From a bacterium (lineage in GTDB: Bacteria; Bacillota_I; Bacilli_A; RFN20; CAG-826): a stretch of DNA of 64,000 nt. The stretch lies in the NCBI GenBank assembly GCA_963622135.1, contig CAVFGR010000018.1, positions 5,185 through 69,184 of the forward strand, given 5' to 3'. The position numbers and the translations under genes are program-made. Shown in pieces: positions 19,211 through 27,553 of this stretch. Each line of letters begins with the position of its first letter. Position 1 is the stretch's first letter. The notes beneath the pieces are model-generated. The model was not told the DNA's origin, made no database searches, and saw only the letters and a list, made by a program, of their open reading frames with translations.

Positions 19211-19691
19211 CGTTTCTCTCCTTATTGCGGTACTCATCGATAATCTTATCGACTTGCTCTGGGGTCACTTTCGGATAGACCTTGCCGTTGATGGACATGG
19301 CCGGCGCTAAAGCGCAGGCGCCGATGCAACGGATGGCCTCGATGGTAAATAAACCATCTTCGGTCGTCTCCCCGCTCTTGATGCCAAGCTTCTTGGTGAA
19401 TTCATCCAAAACGGCTTGGGAATTTTTGACATAGCAGGCAGTGCCTAAGCAAATGCCAACGACGTATTTCCCTTTCGGCTCAAGGGAGAAAAAGGAATAG
19501 AAAGTGACGACTCCGTAAATCTCGGCAACAGGAATGCCGGTTTTCTCGGAGACGATTTCCTGAACTTCCAAAGGAATGTAGCCATACTTTTTCTGTATGT
19601 CTGACAAAATCATCATCAGCGGAGAGGGCGCATCTGCGTAGCCATCGCAAATTTGTTGAACCCCTCTTCGCACGTCGGCGCGAATCTTCAT
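19203..19691 (-). CDS. hydC: NuoE-like 2Fe-2S thioredoxin-like subunit (HydC)
   Basis: 162 aa. It has the NuoE pattern (GICLGTACYVKN ... CIGACALAPAM) and sits first in the hydC-hydB-hydA operon. GGAGGA RBS. Confidence 0.8.
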   Translation of the reverse strand: MKIRADVRRGVQQICDGYADAPSPLMMILSDIQKKYGYIPLEVQEIVSEKTGIPVAEIYGVVTFYSFFSLEPKGKYVVGICLGTACYVKNSQAVLDEFTKKLGIKSGETTEDGLFTIEAIRCIGACALAPAMSINGKVYPKVTPEQVDKIIDEYRNKERNDA

Positions 19692-19825
19692 AAAAATCCT
19701 CCAAAATAAGGTCAGCGACGAATAAAAAGGTTTTGTTTGTGATTTTATTTTCTAATAATTCTTCGTAGTTTCAATAAGAAAGCGTGTTCAGGCTTATCAT
19801 TCAATGATATCCGAGCGTTTTGAGA

Positions 19826-19856
19826 TTGAAAAACCGCCTCCAATGTGAGGCGGTTC
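19826..19856 (-). terminator. Rho-independent terminator
   Basis: On the minus strand: AACCGCCTC-ACATTG-GAGGCGGTT (9 bp perfect stem) followed by TTTTCAATCTC. It lies immediately after the stop of the 149-aa gene. Confidence 0.6.
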
Positions 19857-19859
19857 ATG

Positions 19860-20309
19860 CTATTTCTTTTTCTTTTTCTTAGCGGGCGTCTTGCGTTTAG
19901 CGATCTCGTTGGCCACCAATTTTTGCAAGATTCTTAGGTCTTTGTCATCCAACACGGCGGAGGTATCGACCAATCCGCCCGCTCCCGTCATCTTCGCATA
20001 GACAAAGGATTGGATGGAACGGTATTCAAGAACCTCTTTCTTCGTCGCGACCACACGAGGAGCCTTCGGCTGCTTGGCCTTTTCTTCTTCTAGTTCTTTC
20101 ATTCTCTCTTCCAATAAAGGAAGCAAAGATTTCATATTCAAAGAAGAATCCATAAAGACCATCGGGTTGAATTCGCTTAGTTCCCCGCCTAAGACATCGG
20201 GGTATATCCCCAATTTGCGGGAAAGCATATCCAAAGAGACGAACTTGCGCTTATCGCTTTTAATAACAGAATGGATCTTTTTGATCCTGGTTAACGATAA
20301 CTGGGCCAT
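19860..20309 (-). CDS. Hypothetical protein with poly-lysine C-terminal tail
   Basis: 149 aa, ending in TPAKKKKKK (an AAGAAA hexamer repeat). It has its own terminator and sits between the lipoprotein operon terminator and the hyd operon. No recognisable domain was found by eye. Confidence 0.4.
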   Translation of the reverse strand: MAQLSLTRIKKIHSVIKSDKRKFVSLDMLSRKLGIYPDVLGGELSEFNPMVFMDSSLNMKSLLPLLEERMKELEEEKAKQPKAPRVVATKKEVLEYRSIQSFVYAKMTGAGGLVDTSAVLDDKDLRILQKLVANEIAKRKTPAKKKKKK

Positions 20310-20348
20310 ATAAATATTATATATCGATAAAACCTAAATGTTTAACAA

Positions 20349-20376
20349 CGAAAAAAGGCCGCATTAAGCGGCCTTA
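20349..20376 (-). terminator. Rho-independent terminator ending the ABC/nuclease/lipoprotein operon
   Basis: On the minus strand: AAGGCCGC-TTAAT-GCGGCCTT (8 bp perfect stem) followed by TTTTTTCGTTGTT. Confidence 0.6.
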
Positions 20377-20391
20377 GTAGTTTGTCTCGGA

Positions 20392-20871
20392 TTAGGCTTT
20401 TGGCTGCATCGAGAAGTTGTAGGTGACGGTCGTTGAGGCCGAACCATAGGAGACGGTAGCGGTGAAAGCGACATCCACGGCATCTTCGCCTGCTTTAGGA
20501 TAGGTGGCGCTCCAGTTTTGATAGTCGTTCTTGGTGTCGTCGAACATCGAATTGTGTTTCCATAAAGAGGCACCATCGCCAGAGACGGTCCAAGTCACCT
20601 TGGTTAAGACGAAGCTATTGACGATATTTCCGTCTTTGTCTTTGATTTTGGCGCTGGCACTCATGGAATTGGCCAAGTTCAAAGTCGTGTTATAAGAAAG
20701 TTGGTTAGGACGCTTGTGATCGAAGGAAACGCCTTTGGCGTTAACAACCAAAGCGTCGGCGTTCGCGGCTTCTTTGACGATATCCTTATCGGAGGTGACG
20801 CCATCACCACAGCCCGATAACAGTAATCCGGCGGTAACGGCCAATAGGCCTAAAGACTTGTAGAATTTCAT
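20392..20871 (-). CDS. Small lipoprotein (unknown function)
   Basis: 159 aa with signal peptide and lipobox MKFYKSLGLLAVTAGLLLSGCGDG. It is the last gene of the operon. Confidence 0.5.
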   Translation of the reverse strand: MKFYKSLGLLAVTAGLLLSGCGDGVTSDKDIVKEAANADALVVNAKGVSFDHKRPNQLSYNTTLNLANSMSASAKIKDKDGNIVNSFVLTKVTWTVSGDGASLWKHNSMFDDTKNDYQNWSATYPKAGEDAVDVAFTATVSYGSASTTVTYNFSMQPKA

Positions 20872-20888
20872 CTTTCATTTTCCTTTCT

Positions 20889-22370
20889 TTAACTGATTCT
20901 AACGGCGTTTCCGATGTTCTTATCCAAGGTAAGCACCTGAATCTGATAGTTATCGTAATACATGGACAAGTAGGCTTTGAATTCCCAAACCTGATCAACC
21001 CCGAAGTCTTGATAGCTGAGACGAACCGAGGAATCGAGGCGGACGTTGCAGACAACGTTCTCGGAGCCATAGAGCCAAGCATAGATCGTGGTAGCGGTCA
21101 CCAAGCCAGTGGTGGAGCTGACGCTTTCTCTATAGTAGCTATTGACTTCGACTTCGGCGCCATCATCGTCGATGACGGTACCTTTGACGGATCTGACCTG
21201 AACGCGAAGTTTGGTGTAGTAGCCATAGCATTTGCCGAGATCTTCATAAGTGGTTGGGGCGGTAGTTGGGACATATGGATCCAAATCTTCGCTCAACGGA
21301 GAAGTGATGTAGTCGGAATAGGCGGCATCAGTCGGTTTGATGGTAACAAACTTATATTTGCCATAGTTAGCGGTGCTAACGTCGGTCAATTGGATGTTGG
21401 TAGAGGTCTTCGGATATTTCGAAGCGCGGCAATAGAAGGAAACGACATATCCTGCTTTGATTTTGGAAGCCAACGCGGTGTTATAGCCAGCGTAGACATA
21501 CAAACATTCAAGCGCATCGTCTTCGTCTTGTTCCAAATCCTTCTTCCAGTCACGGAGGATGAAGTTATCACCCATCATGCCAACAACTAAGCCGGTGATA
21601 TGGAGATAGGAACCGGAAGAGCCTTCCTGGAAGCTGATACCGATTTCGTCGAAATGGTGACGGACGTAGTAGCAGGTAACTTCAATGATGGTAGTCGAAC
21701 CGACGAAGTCAGGATCGGTCTGGCCATAAACACGGCCACCGCACTTAACACCTCTTTCTTCGGCGGCCAAGAAGGAATCAAGGTAGCCAAGGGAAGAATC
21801 GGCGAACAATTGGTTCTTGGAATAGCATTGTTCGACGCATTCGAGGTTATAGAGTCTCCACTGATTTGGATGAAGCTCATCGCTCGCGGAAGTCTTATAC
21901 CAAACGAAGGCTAAGGCACGGCCACCGGAAGAGTCGACGGTGCCGTAAGCGTCGGCATCGCAGACCAAGCAGAAGTCCACCGCACTGTCGAAGACTTTAG
22001 CCATCCATTTCGAGGCTTTGACGCCCCAAGCCTCAACCTTAGCGGTTGATTCTGGAGTGTTGATGCCTAAGAAACGGCACTTAAGATAAGTTCCGTCGAT
22101 GGTGGTGAAGTTGGCGGTGTCGCCATCGGTGACGCTGACCAAGTTCACTTTGCCATAGTTGACGCCATGGGTGTTGCTGAAATTGAAATTGGTTGTGGCG
22201 TAGGTATCCTCATAGGCAAATTCAAGTTTGTCGGTCTGAGGGGTGGTGTAGAGGACGTTGGTGTCGCTGACATCAGGACAGGCATCCTCGGATGGGCCGC
22301 AGCTAACGAGAGCGCCGCCCAAGAGACCCAAGCTAAGGGCAAGGGTCACAAGTTTCTGGAGTTTTTTCAT
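20889..22370 (-). CDS. Membrane-anchored lipoprotein with thermonuclease (SNase-like) domain plus ~300-aa C-terminal extension
   Basis: Lipobox LLGGALVSCGPSE. The staphylococcal-nuclease catalytic motifs are VSVTDGDTANF and RFLGINTPES, with downstream YGR..A and LYNLECVEQ as in SNase. Its start overlaps the stop of the upstream SBP gene. Confidence 0.7.
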   Translation of the reverse strand: MKKLQKLVTLALSLGLLGGALVSCGPSEDACPDVSDTNVLYTTPQTDKLEFAYEDTYATTNFNFSNTHGVNYGKVNLVSVTDGDTANFTTIDGTYLKCRFLGINTPESTAKVEAWGVKASKWMAKVFDSAVDFCLVCDADAYGTVDSSGGRALAFVWYKTSASDELHPNQWRLYNLECVEQCYSKNQLFADSSLGYLDSFLAAEERGVKCGGRVYGQTDPDFVGSTTIIEVTCYYVRHHFDEIGISFQEGSSGSYLHITGLVVGMMGDNFILRDWKKDLEQDEDDALECLYVYAGYNTALASKIKAGYVVSFYCRASKYPKTSTNIQLTDVSTANYGKYKFVTIKPTDAAYSDYITSPLSEDLDPYVPTTAPTTYEDLGKCYGYYTKLRVQVRSVKGTVIDDDGAEVEVNSYYRESVSSTTGLVTATTIYAWLYGSENVVCNVRLDSSVRLSYQDFGVDQVWEFKAYLSMYYDNYQIQVLTLDKNIGNAVRIS

Positions 22371-23920
22371 TATCGTACATACCCCTTCAAGTCAGAGTTG
22401 TTGTAGAAATAGTCGATGACGTCTTGCGGGCTCAACTGTTTGCCAGATTCATCGCCGATGAACAATAAGCCCATCGCCGAACCGACGGCGGTACGGATGG
22501 CGGAAGAGCCGGAGAAGCCCGGATCGACGAACTTGGTCCAATTCTCGCTGTCTTTCATGTAATAGTCGGAATTGACCTGAGCGACGTAATAATGGAGGGC
22601 TTGGGCGGTTGATGGCTTTTCTTCCGCGGTCTCTGGGTTATTGCGTTTCAAAGCATCCTGGTATTCTTCGGAGTTCTGCGCGTATTCGCAGGAAGGATAA
22701 TAAGAGCTTCTGGCGGCGAATAAGCCGTTCTGCGTTTTGCTCAAATACTTAAGCAACTTCCAAGAAGCGACTCTCTGAGCGACGGTTCCGACGTCCATGA
22801 GGATGAGGTTGGTGCCCTGGGAGATGGCGTATTTATGCTCGGCATCCTTATATGGGAGCGGGGCAACGCCGACTTCGAAGGCATCTCCCGTCGGGGCGCT
22901 GTTGGTCGCGCCGGCAGAGGAGCCGATGGTGATGAGAGACTGCCAGTTCTTGAAATAGCTGGAAGAATATTTCGAGGTTCCGCCGTATTCGGCCGGGATA
23001 GCCAAACGGCAGTTGTCGTGAAGGTTCTTCATATAGGTCAAGCCTTCGACGGTCTCTTCGGTGTTGAAGGCCATATAGCCCTTTCTCGTTGCAGGGTCGA
23101 ACTCGGTGTAGGTTCCGCCCCACTGACGAATCGTGGTGATGAAGAAGTTCGCCTGAGAATCGTAGGTGAATGGGTGGAAGCTATCTTCGGTGACGGCCGA
23201 GAAGTTGAGAATCATGTCAACGCCGGCCGGAACTTCGGACGGCCTGGAATAAAGGTTTCCGTCGGAAGCCAAGATCTTCCCATAAAGGCCTTTGGAGGAC
23301 ATAAGGCTAAGGACGGCGGTAGAAACGGTGCCGACCTCTTCCCAAGTCTCCGGGACTTTGATGGCGGAATCCTGAGCGGAAGCCCAATTGAAGAAGGTCT
23401 TGTTGTAATACATCAATTCGGTCGATTTGTTGAATGGGACGCCCAAGGTGTAGAAGCCGGAGCCGTCTTCCTTTCTTTCGATCGATTGGTTCTCGACCAT
23501 GTAGTCGGCATAGAAGTCGGACATTTTGAAATCCTCTCCGTCGTTCTCGAAGAAATAATCGAGACGGAGGATGGAATCGTTGTCGACATAGCTGGCCATA
23601 TGGTCAGGATAGGCGAGTGTGACGCCAGGGATTTTGCCCTTGCCGGCGCCTAAGGTGATAGCCTTCTGAAGGTTATCGTAGCCGCCTTTGCCTTCTAATT
23701 CGACTTTGATGCCGGTCTCTTCGGTGAAGAGATCGACGACTTCCTCGAGATAACCAGCCATATCGGAACCGAACGGGTGCCACATTTGGATGGTGACCCC
23801 GTTGGTGTCGATAGTGAAATCGAGGTTATACGGATCGACTTTGTTCAACTTGCAGCTCGAAAGCGAGGCAACAGTGCCGAGAAGAGGCAAAAGGACCAGT
23901 AATTTCTTTTTATTTGTCAT
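22370..23920 (-). CDS. ABC transporter substrate-binding lipoprotein (family 1, sugar-type), paralogue 1
   Basis: 516 aa, lipobox LLGTVASLSSCK. It is paralogous to the upstream gene (GGYDNLQKAITLGAGKG vs GGYDNLQKAVNLGAGRR; WGGTYTEFD vs WGGKYTEID). AGGAGGGA RBS. Confidence 0.75.
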   Translation of the reverse strand: MTNKKKLLVLLPLLGTVASLSSCKLNKVDPYNLDFTIDTNGVTIQMWHPFGSDMAGYLEEVVDLFTEETGIKVELEGKGGYDNLQKAITLGAGKGKIPGVTLAYPDHMASYVDNDSILRLDYFFENDGEDFKMSDFYADYMVENQSIERKEDGSGFYTLGVPFNKSTELMYYNKTFFNWASAQDSAIKVPETWEEVGTVSTAVLSLMSSKGLYGKILASDGNLYSRPSEVPAGVDMILNFSAVTEDSFHPFTYDSQANFFITTIRQWGGTYTEFDPATRKGYMAFNTEETVEGLTYMKNLHDNCRLAIPAEYGGTSKYSSSYFKNWQSLITIGSSAGATNSAPTGDAFEVGVAPLPYKDAEHKYAISQGTNLILMDVGTVAQRVASWKLLKYLSKTQNGLFAARSSYYPSCEYAQNSEEYQDALKRNNPETAEEKPSTAQALHYYVAQVNSDYYMKDSENWTKFVDPGFSGSSAIRTAVGSAMGLLFIGDESGKQLSPQDVIDYFYNNSDLKGYVR

Positions 23921-23938
23921 TTGATCCCTCCTAAAAGA

Positions 23939-25453
23939 TTATTGGCGGACGTAGGCCGAGATGGTGGCGTAGGATTCTTTGAGAATGGTGTCGATGTCAG
24001 TGTTTTCCAATAAGGAACGAGACATGACGGATTCGATTTCGGTACGGACGACGGAGGAGCCATTGAAGCCCGGGTCGACGAACTTGTGCCAGCCAGAGCC
24101 ATCAGCGTCATAGATTTCGGAGTTGGTTCTAGCGGCTTTCTTCTTGTTGGCGTCGTTCTCATCAGATGGGGCGGCATTCAAGAATTCCTGATAGGTGGTG
24201 GAATTGTAAGCGGACTTGGTAGCTGGATAATAACCAGTGAGAGCGCAGAAGAGACCGTTGGTCTCGCCAGTGGTCAAATACTTGAGGGCTTTCCAAGAGG
24301 CCAAGACTTCGGCATCGGTGCCTTTGTTCAACATAGCGAGGTTAGTGCCCTGGGAGATGACGTATTTGTGATCGGCATCCTTATATGGGACGGAGGTAAC
24401 GCCAGAGGTGGATTTCAAGTTGGCGTCGGTGTAGTAGCCTAAGCCAGCGGAAGAACCGACGTTCATCATGCACTGATAGTTCTTATAGTAGTCAGAGCAA
24501 TAAAGGGAAGTGCCACCGAAGGAAGATGGGATGGCCAAGACATGCTCGTTAGATAAACGACGCATATAGGCAAGCATCTCTCTGCATTCGGCATTGTCGT
24601 AAACGGCATAGCCAACGCCGGTAGCGGAATCGATTTCGGTGTATTTTCCGCCCCACTGACGCAAGGAGCTGATGAAGAGGTTGGCTTGGGAGTCATAGCC
24701 TAAGAAGTAGAAGGTATCGGCGGTCGCAGTGGTCAAGTTGGCCAACATGGTGACGCCTTCTGGGAAGTCGGTTTCCTTGGCGTATCCGACGCCGTCGCTG
24801 CCTAAGATCTTGCCGAAGAACGGAGTGAGTTTCTCGACGGCGATCTTACCGAAAGCTTCGACTTCGTCCCAAGTCTGAGGGACATGGGTGATGCCCCAAC
24901 CTTGGACGATTGGAGAATTGAAGAAGACTTCGTTATAAACGAGGACTTCAGTGGATTTGTTGAATGGGACACCCAAAGTATAGCCAGTGCCGTCTTCTTT
25001 GAATTCGAGCTGCTGGTTTTCCTCCATATAGGAAGGATAGATGTCGTCCATGAAGGCTTTGCCTTCGGCGTCATCATTGAAATATGGGTCCAAACGGAGC
25101 TGCATGTTGGAAGCGACGTAGGAAGCGAAGTGGTCAGGATAGCCGACGACGATATTTGGATAAGTACGACGGCCAGCGCCTAAGTTGACAGCCTTTTGGA
25201 GGTTGTCATAACCACCTTTGGTGGTGTGGGTGATGGTGATGCCGGTCTTTTCTTTGAATTCTGGGATGATTTGGTCATCGAGATAACCGGTGATGTCGCC
25301 ACCGAAGCCAGTCCACCAATCGATGGAAACACCATTGGTATCCAAGTTCATGTCGACCGGACGTTCAGGTTCGAGGGCGGATGGGCCACAGCTAGTTAAG
25401 GCCATGCTGAGCAAGCCGCCCAAGGCTAAGACTTTCAATTTGTTGCTTTTCAT
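23939..25453 (-). CDS. ABC transporter substrate-binding lipoprotein (family 1, sugar-type), paralogue 2
   Basis: 504 aa, lipobox LLSMALTSCGPS. It is a tandem duplicate of 22370-23920 at about 45% identity. Confidence 0.75.
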   Translation of the reverse strand: MKSNKLKVLALGGLLSMALTSCGPSALEPERPVDMNLDTNGVSIDWWTGFGGDITGYLDDQIIPEFKEKTGITITHTTKGGYDNLQKAVNLGAGRRTYPNIVVGYPDHFASYVASNMQLRLDPYFNDDAEGKAFMDDIYPSYMEENQQLEFKEDGTGYTLGVPFNKSTEVLVYNEVFFNSPIVQGWGITHVPQTWDEVEAFGKIAVEKLTPFFGKILGSDGVGYAKETDFPEGVTMLANLTTATADTFYFLGYDSQANLFISSLRQWGGKYTEIDSATGVGYAVYDNAECREMLAYMRRLSNEHVLAIPSSFGGTSLYCSDYYKNYQCMMNVGSSAGLGYYTDANLKSTSGVTSVPYKDADHKYVISQGTNLAMLNKGTDAEVLASWKALKYLTTGETNGLFCALTGYYPATKSAYNSTTYQEFLNAAPSDENDANKKKAARTNSEIYDADGSGWHKFVDPGFNGSSVVRTEIESVMSRSLLENTDIDTILKESYATISAYVRQ

Positions 25454-25497
25454 AATGTTTTTCTTTCCTTTTTATTTTTAATAAGCGTTTTAGACGA

Positions 25498-26457
25498 TTA
25501 ACCTTTGATACCAGAGCGGGAGATGCCGCGCATGATGTATTTGCGGAAAATCAAGAAGAAGATAAACAACGGAGTCGTGACGACGACGGAACCGGCAATC
25601 TTGACGGTGTCGTAAGAAACTTCGCCATCGGATGAGGTGAATAAGCTCATCAAACCATTGGAAACGAGTTTCATCGACCAGCCGAAGACTTTGTTATCGC
25701 CGGAAGCGACGAGGTTTGGCCAAATGTAGGAGTTCCAAGCACCCATCAAAGAGAGAATCATGATGGTGATGATGGTCGGCATGGCAATTGGGATCATGAC
25801 TTTCCAAAGGTAAGCATAATGTCCGTAACCGTCGACTTTCGCCGCTAAGAACAATTCATTCGGAATCTGCTGGAACGTCTGTCGCAGATAGAAGATGTAG
25901 AAGACCGAGACGCCATGGACGAAGATCAATGACGCATAGGTGTTTTCCCAGCTCAAGCCCATGACGGTCTGATAGTTGGTGATGACCATCATTTCGCCCG
26001 GAATCATCATCGTGCCTAAGAGAATCGTGAATAAGAGATTCTTTCCTTTGAAGTTGCAACGGGCAAAGGCAAAGGAAGCTAAGACAGTGGTAATCAAGGT
26101 GAAGAAAGTGCCAATGATCGAGACATAGAGGGTGTTTCCGTAATAGAGGCCGAAGTTGATGCTCTGGCCGGAAGCACTCTTATAAGTGAACACGGTTATA
26201 AAGTTATAAAGGGAATAGTTGGCCGTGCCGTTTATCTCGTGGGTGGCTGGCGGGATGACGTGGAAGATGGAGTTGATGGTGTCGTAGTCATAGTTGGAAG
26301 GATCACGGAAGGAAGTGATGACCATGAAGACGAATGGGATAAGGATGAACAAGCCAATGATCGAAAGGAACAAATAGGTCAGGATCTGGCCGATTGTCTT
26401 CGAGGCTTTGTATCTCCTCATCTGCGCCGGAGTGGCGAAATACATTTCATGCGCCAT
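25498..26457 (-). CDS. ABC transporter permease (MalG-like)
   Basis: 319 aa, 6 TM, with an EAA-like loop (LAAKVDGYGHYAYLWKVMIPIAMPT). Confidence 0.85.
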   Translation of the reverse strand: MAHEMYFATPAQMRRYKASKTIGQILTYLFLSIIGLFILIPFVFMVITSFRDPSNYDYDTINSIFHVIPPATHEINGTANYSLYNFITVFTYKSASGQSINFGLYYGNTLYVSIIGTFFTLITTVLASFAFARCNFKGKNLLFTILLGTMMIPGEMMVITNYQTVMGLSWENTYASLIFVHGVSVFYIFYLRQTFQQIPNELFLAAKVDGYGHYAYLWKVMIPIAMPTIITIMILSLMGAWNSYIWPNLVASGDNKVFGWSMKLVSNGLMSLFTSSDGEVSYDTVKIAGSVVVTTPLFIFFLIFRKYIMRGISRSGIKG

Positions 26458-26458
26458 A

Positions 26459-27553
26459 TCAATACACCACCTTTCTCTTGCTCACCTGCATCTGAACGAG
26501 AGTGATAAGCAAGATGATGATAAGCAAGACGAAGGAAGCCGCGGCGGCAACGCCGGTCTTCGTGCTATCTTGCATGGTTACATAAATATAGCCGACGACG
26601 GTTTCCCAGTATTTCTGAGTGGTGCCGCCGAAGTAGTAGGCGCCACCGCCGAACAAGGCGATGACCTGGGTGTAGCTCTTGAACGCACCAATGAAGGAAG
26701 TGATGGTGATGTACAAGATCTGCGGGGACAAAAGAGGAACGGTGATGCGGGCGAGAATGGTACTTCTCGAAGCGCCGTCGATCTTCGCGGCATCATAATA
26801 TTGGTTATCGATGGAGGCCAAGCCTGATTCAAAGACCAAAATCTTGAAGGCTAAGCCATTCCAGATGGCGTACATGATGATAGGAACAAGCATCGCGCCT
26901 TTCGAAGCGCTGGCGGAAAGCCATTGCTGGGCTTCGACGCCAAATAAGCTGAGGAACTTGTTAAACAAGCCGCCAGGATAAGACGAGAAGATGATCTTGA
27001 AGACCATGCCCAACGCGATGGTGTTGGTGACATATGGCAAGAAGAAGACGGTTTGGAAGAAACCTTTTAAAGGTTTGATCGAGTTAAGGAAAACCGCAAT
27101 CAATAAGCCAATGATGATGGTAAGCGGGACGGAGACCACGACGATGATCGCCGTGTTGGCCAAGGAATTGAGGAATTCTTTGGAGGTCAAGACCGTGATG
27201 TAGTTTTGGACGCCCCAATATGGCATCACGCCGCTACGAGGGTTGTTCAAGGCAGCAAAATAGTTCGTCAACGCAAAGGAGCTGTTGGAACCTGCCATGA
27301 ACTTGAAGTTAACGATCCACGAAATCAAGAAGGTGTTGATGATTGGGTAGATCATGAACAAGACAAGGAAAAATAAAGCCGGAATCAACGCGATCCAAGC
27401 CTTCGCCCATTCTGGAAGTTGGATACGGGATGCTTTACGGGTAGATAAGGTCTGGTGAAGGATGGCTTCAGTCGAGGCTGAAAGCTGCTCTTCACTCGGA
27501 CGAGCTTTCCAGTAAGCCAATTCCGTGGCGATTTTGGATTTGGTCGCCGACAT
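26459..27553 (-). CDS. ABC transporter permease (MalF-like)
   Basis: 364 aa, with an EAA loop (YDAAKIDGASRSTILARITVPLLSP). Confidence 0.85.
   Translation of the reverse strand: MSATKSKIATELAYWKARPSEEQLSASTEAILHQTLSTRKASRIQLPEWAKAWIALIPALFFLVLFMIYPIINTFLISWIVNFKFMAGSNSSFALTNYFAALNNPRSGVMPYWGVQNYITVLTSKEFLNSLANTAIIVVVSVPLTIIIGLLIAVFLNSIKPLKGFFQTVFFLPYVTNTIALGMVFKIIFSSYPGGLFNKFLSLFGVEAQQWLSASASKGAMLVPIIMYAIWNGLAFKILVFESGLASIDNQYYDAAKIDGASRSTILARITVPLLSPQILYITITSFIGAFKSYTQVIALFGGGAYYFGGTTQKYWETVVGYIYVTMQDSTKTGVAAAASFVLLIIILLITLVQMQVSKRKVVY

Noticed and set aside
19861-19880. Short tandem CTTTTT/AAGAAA repeat at the 3' end of the 149-aa gene, considered as a slipped-strand phase-variation tract
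   Set aside because: The repeat unit is 6 nt, so slippage keeps the reading frame (adding or removing two Lys). There are only three units. It is unlikely to act as an on/off switch.
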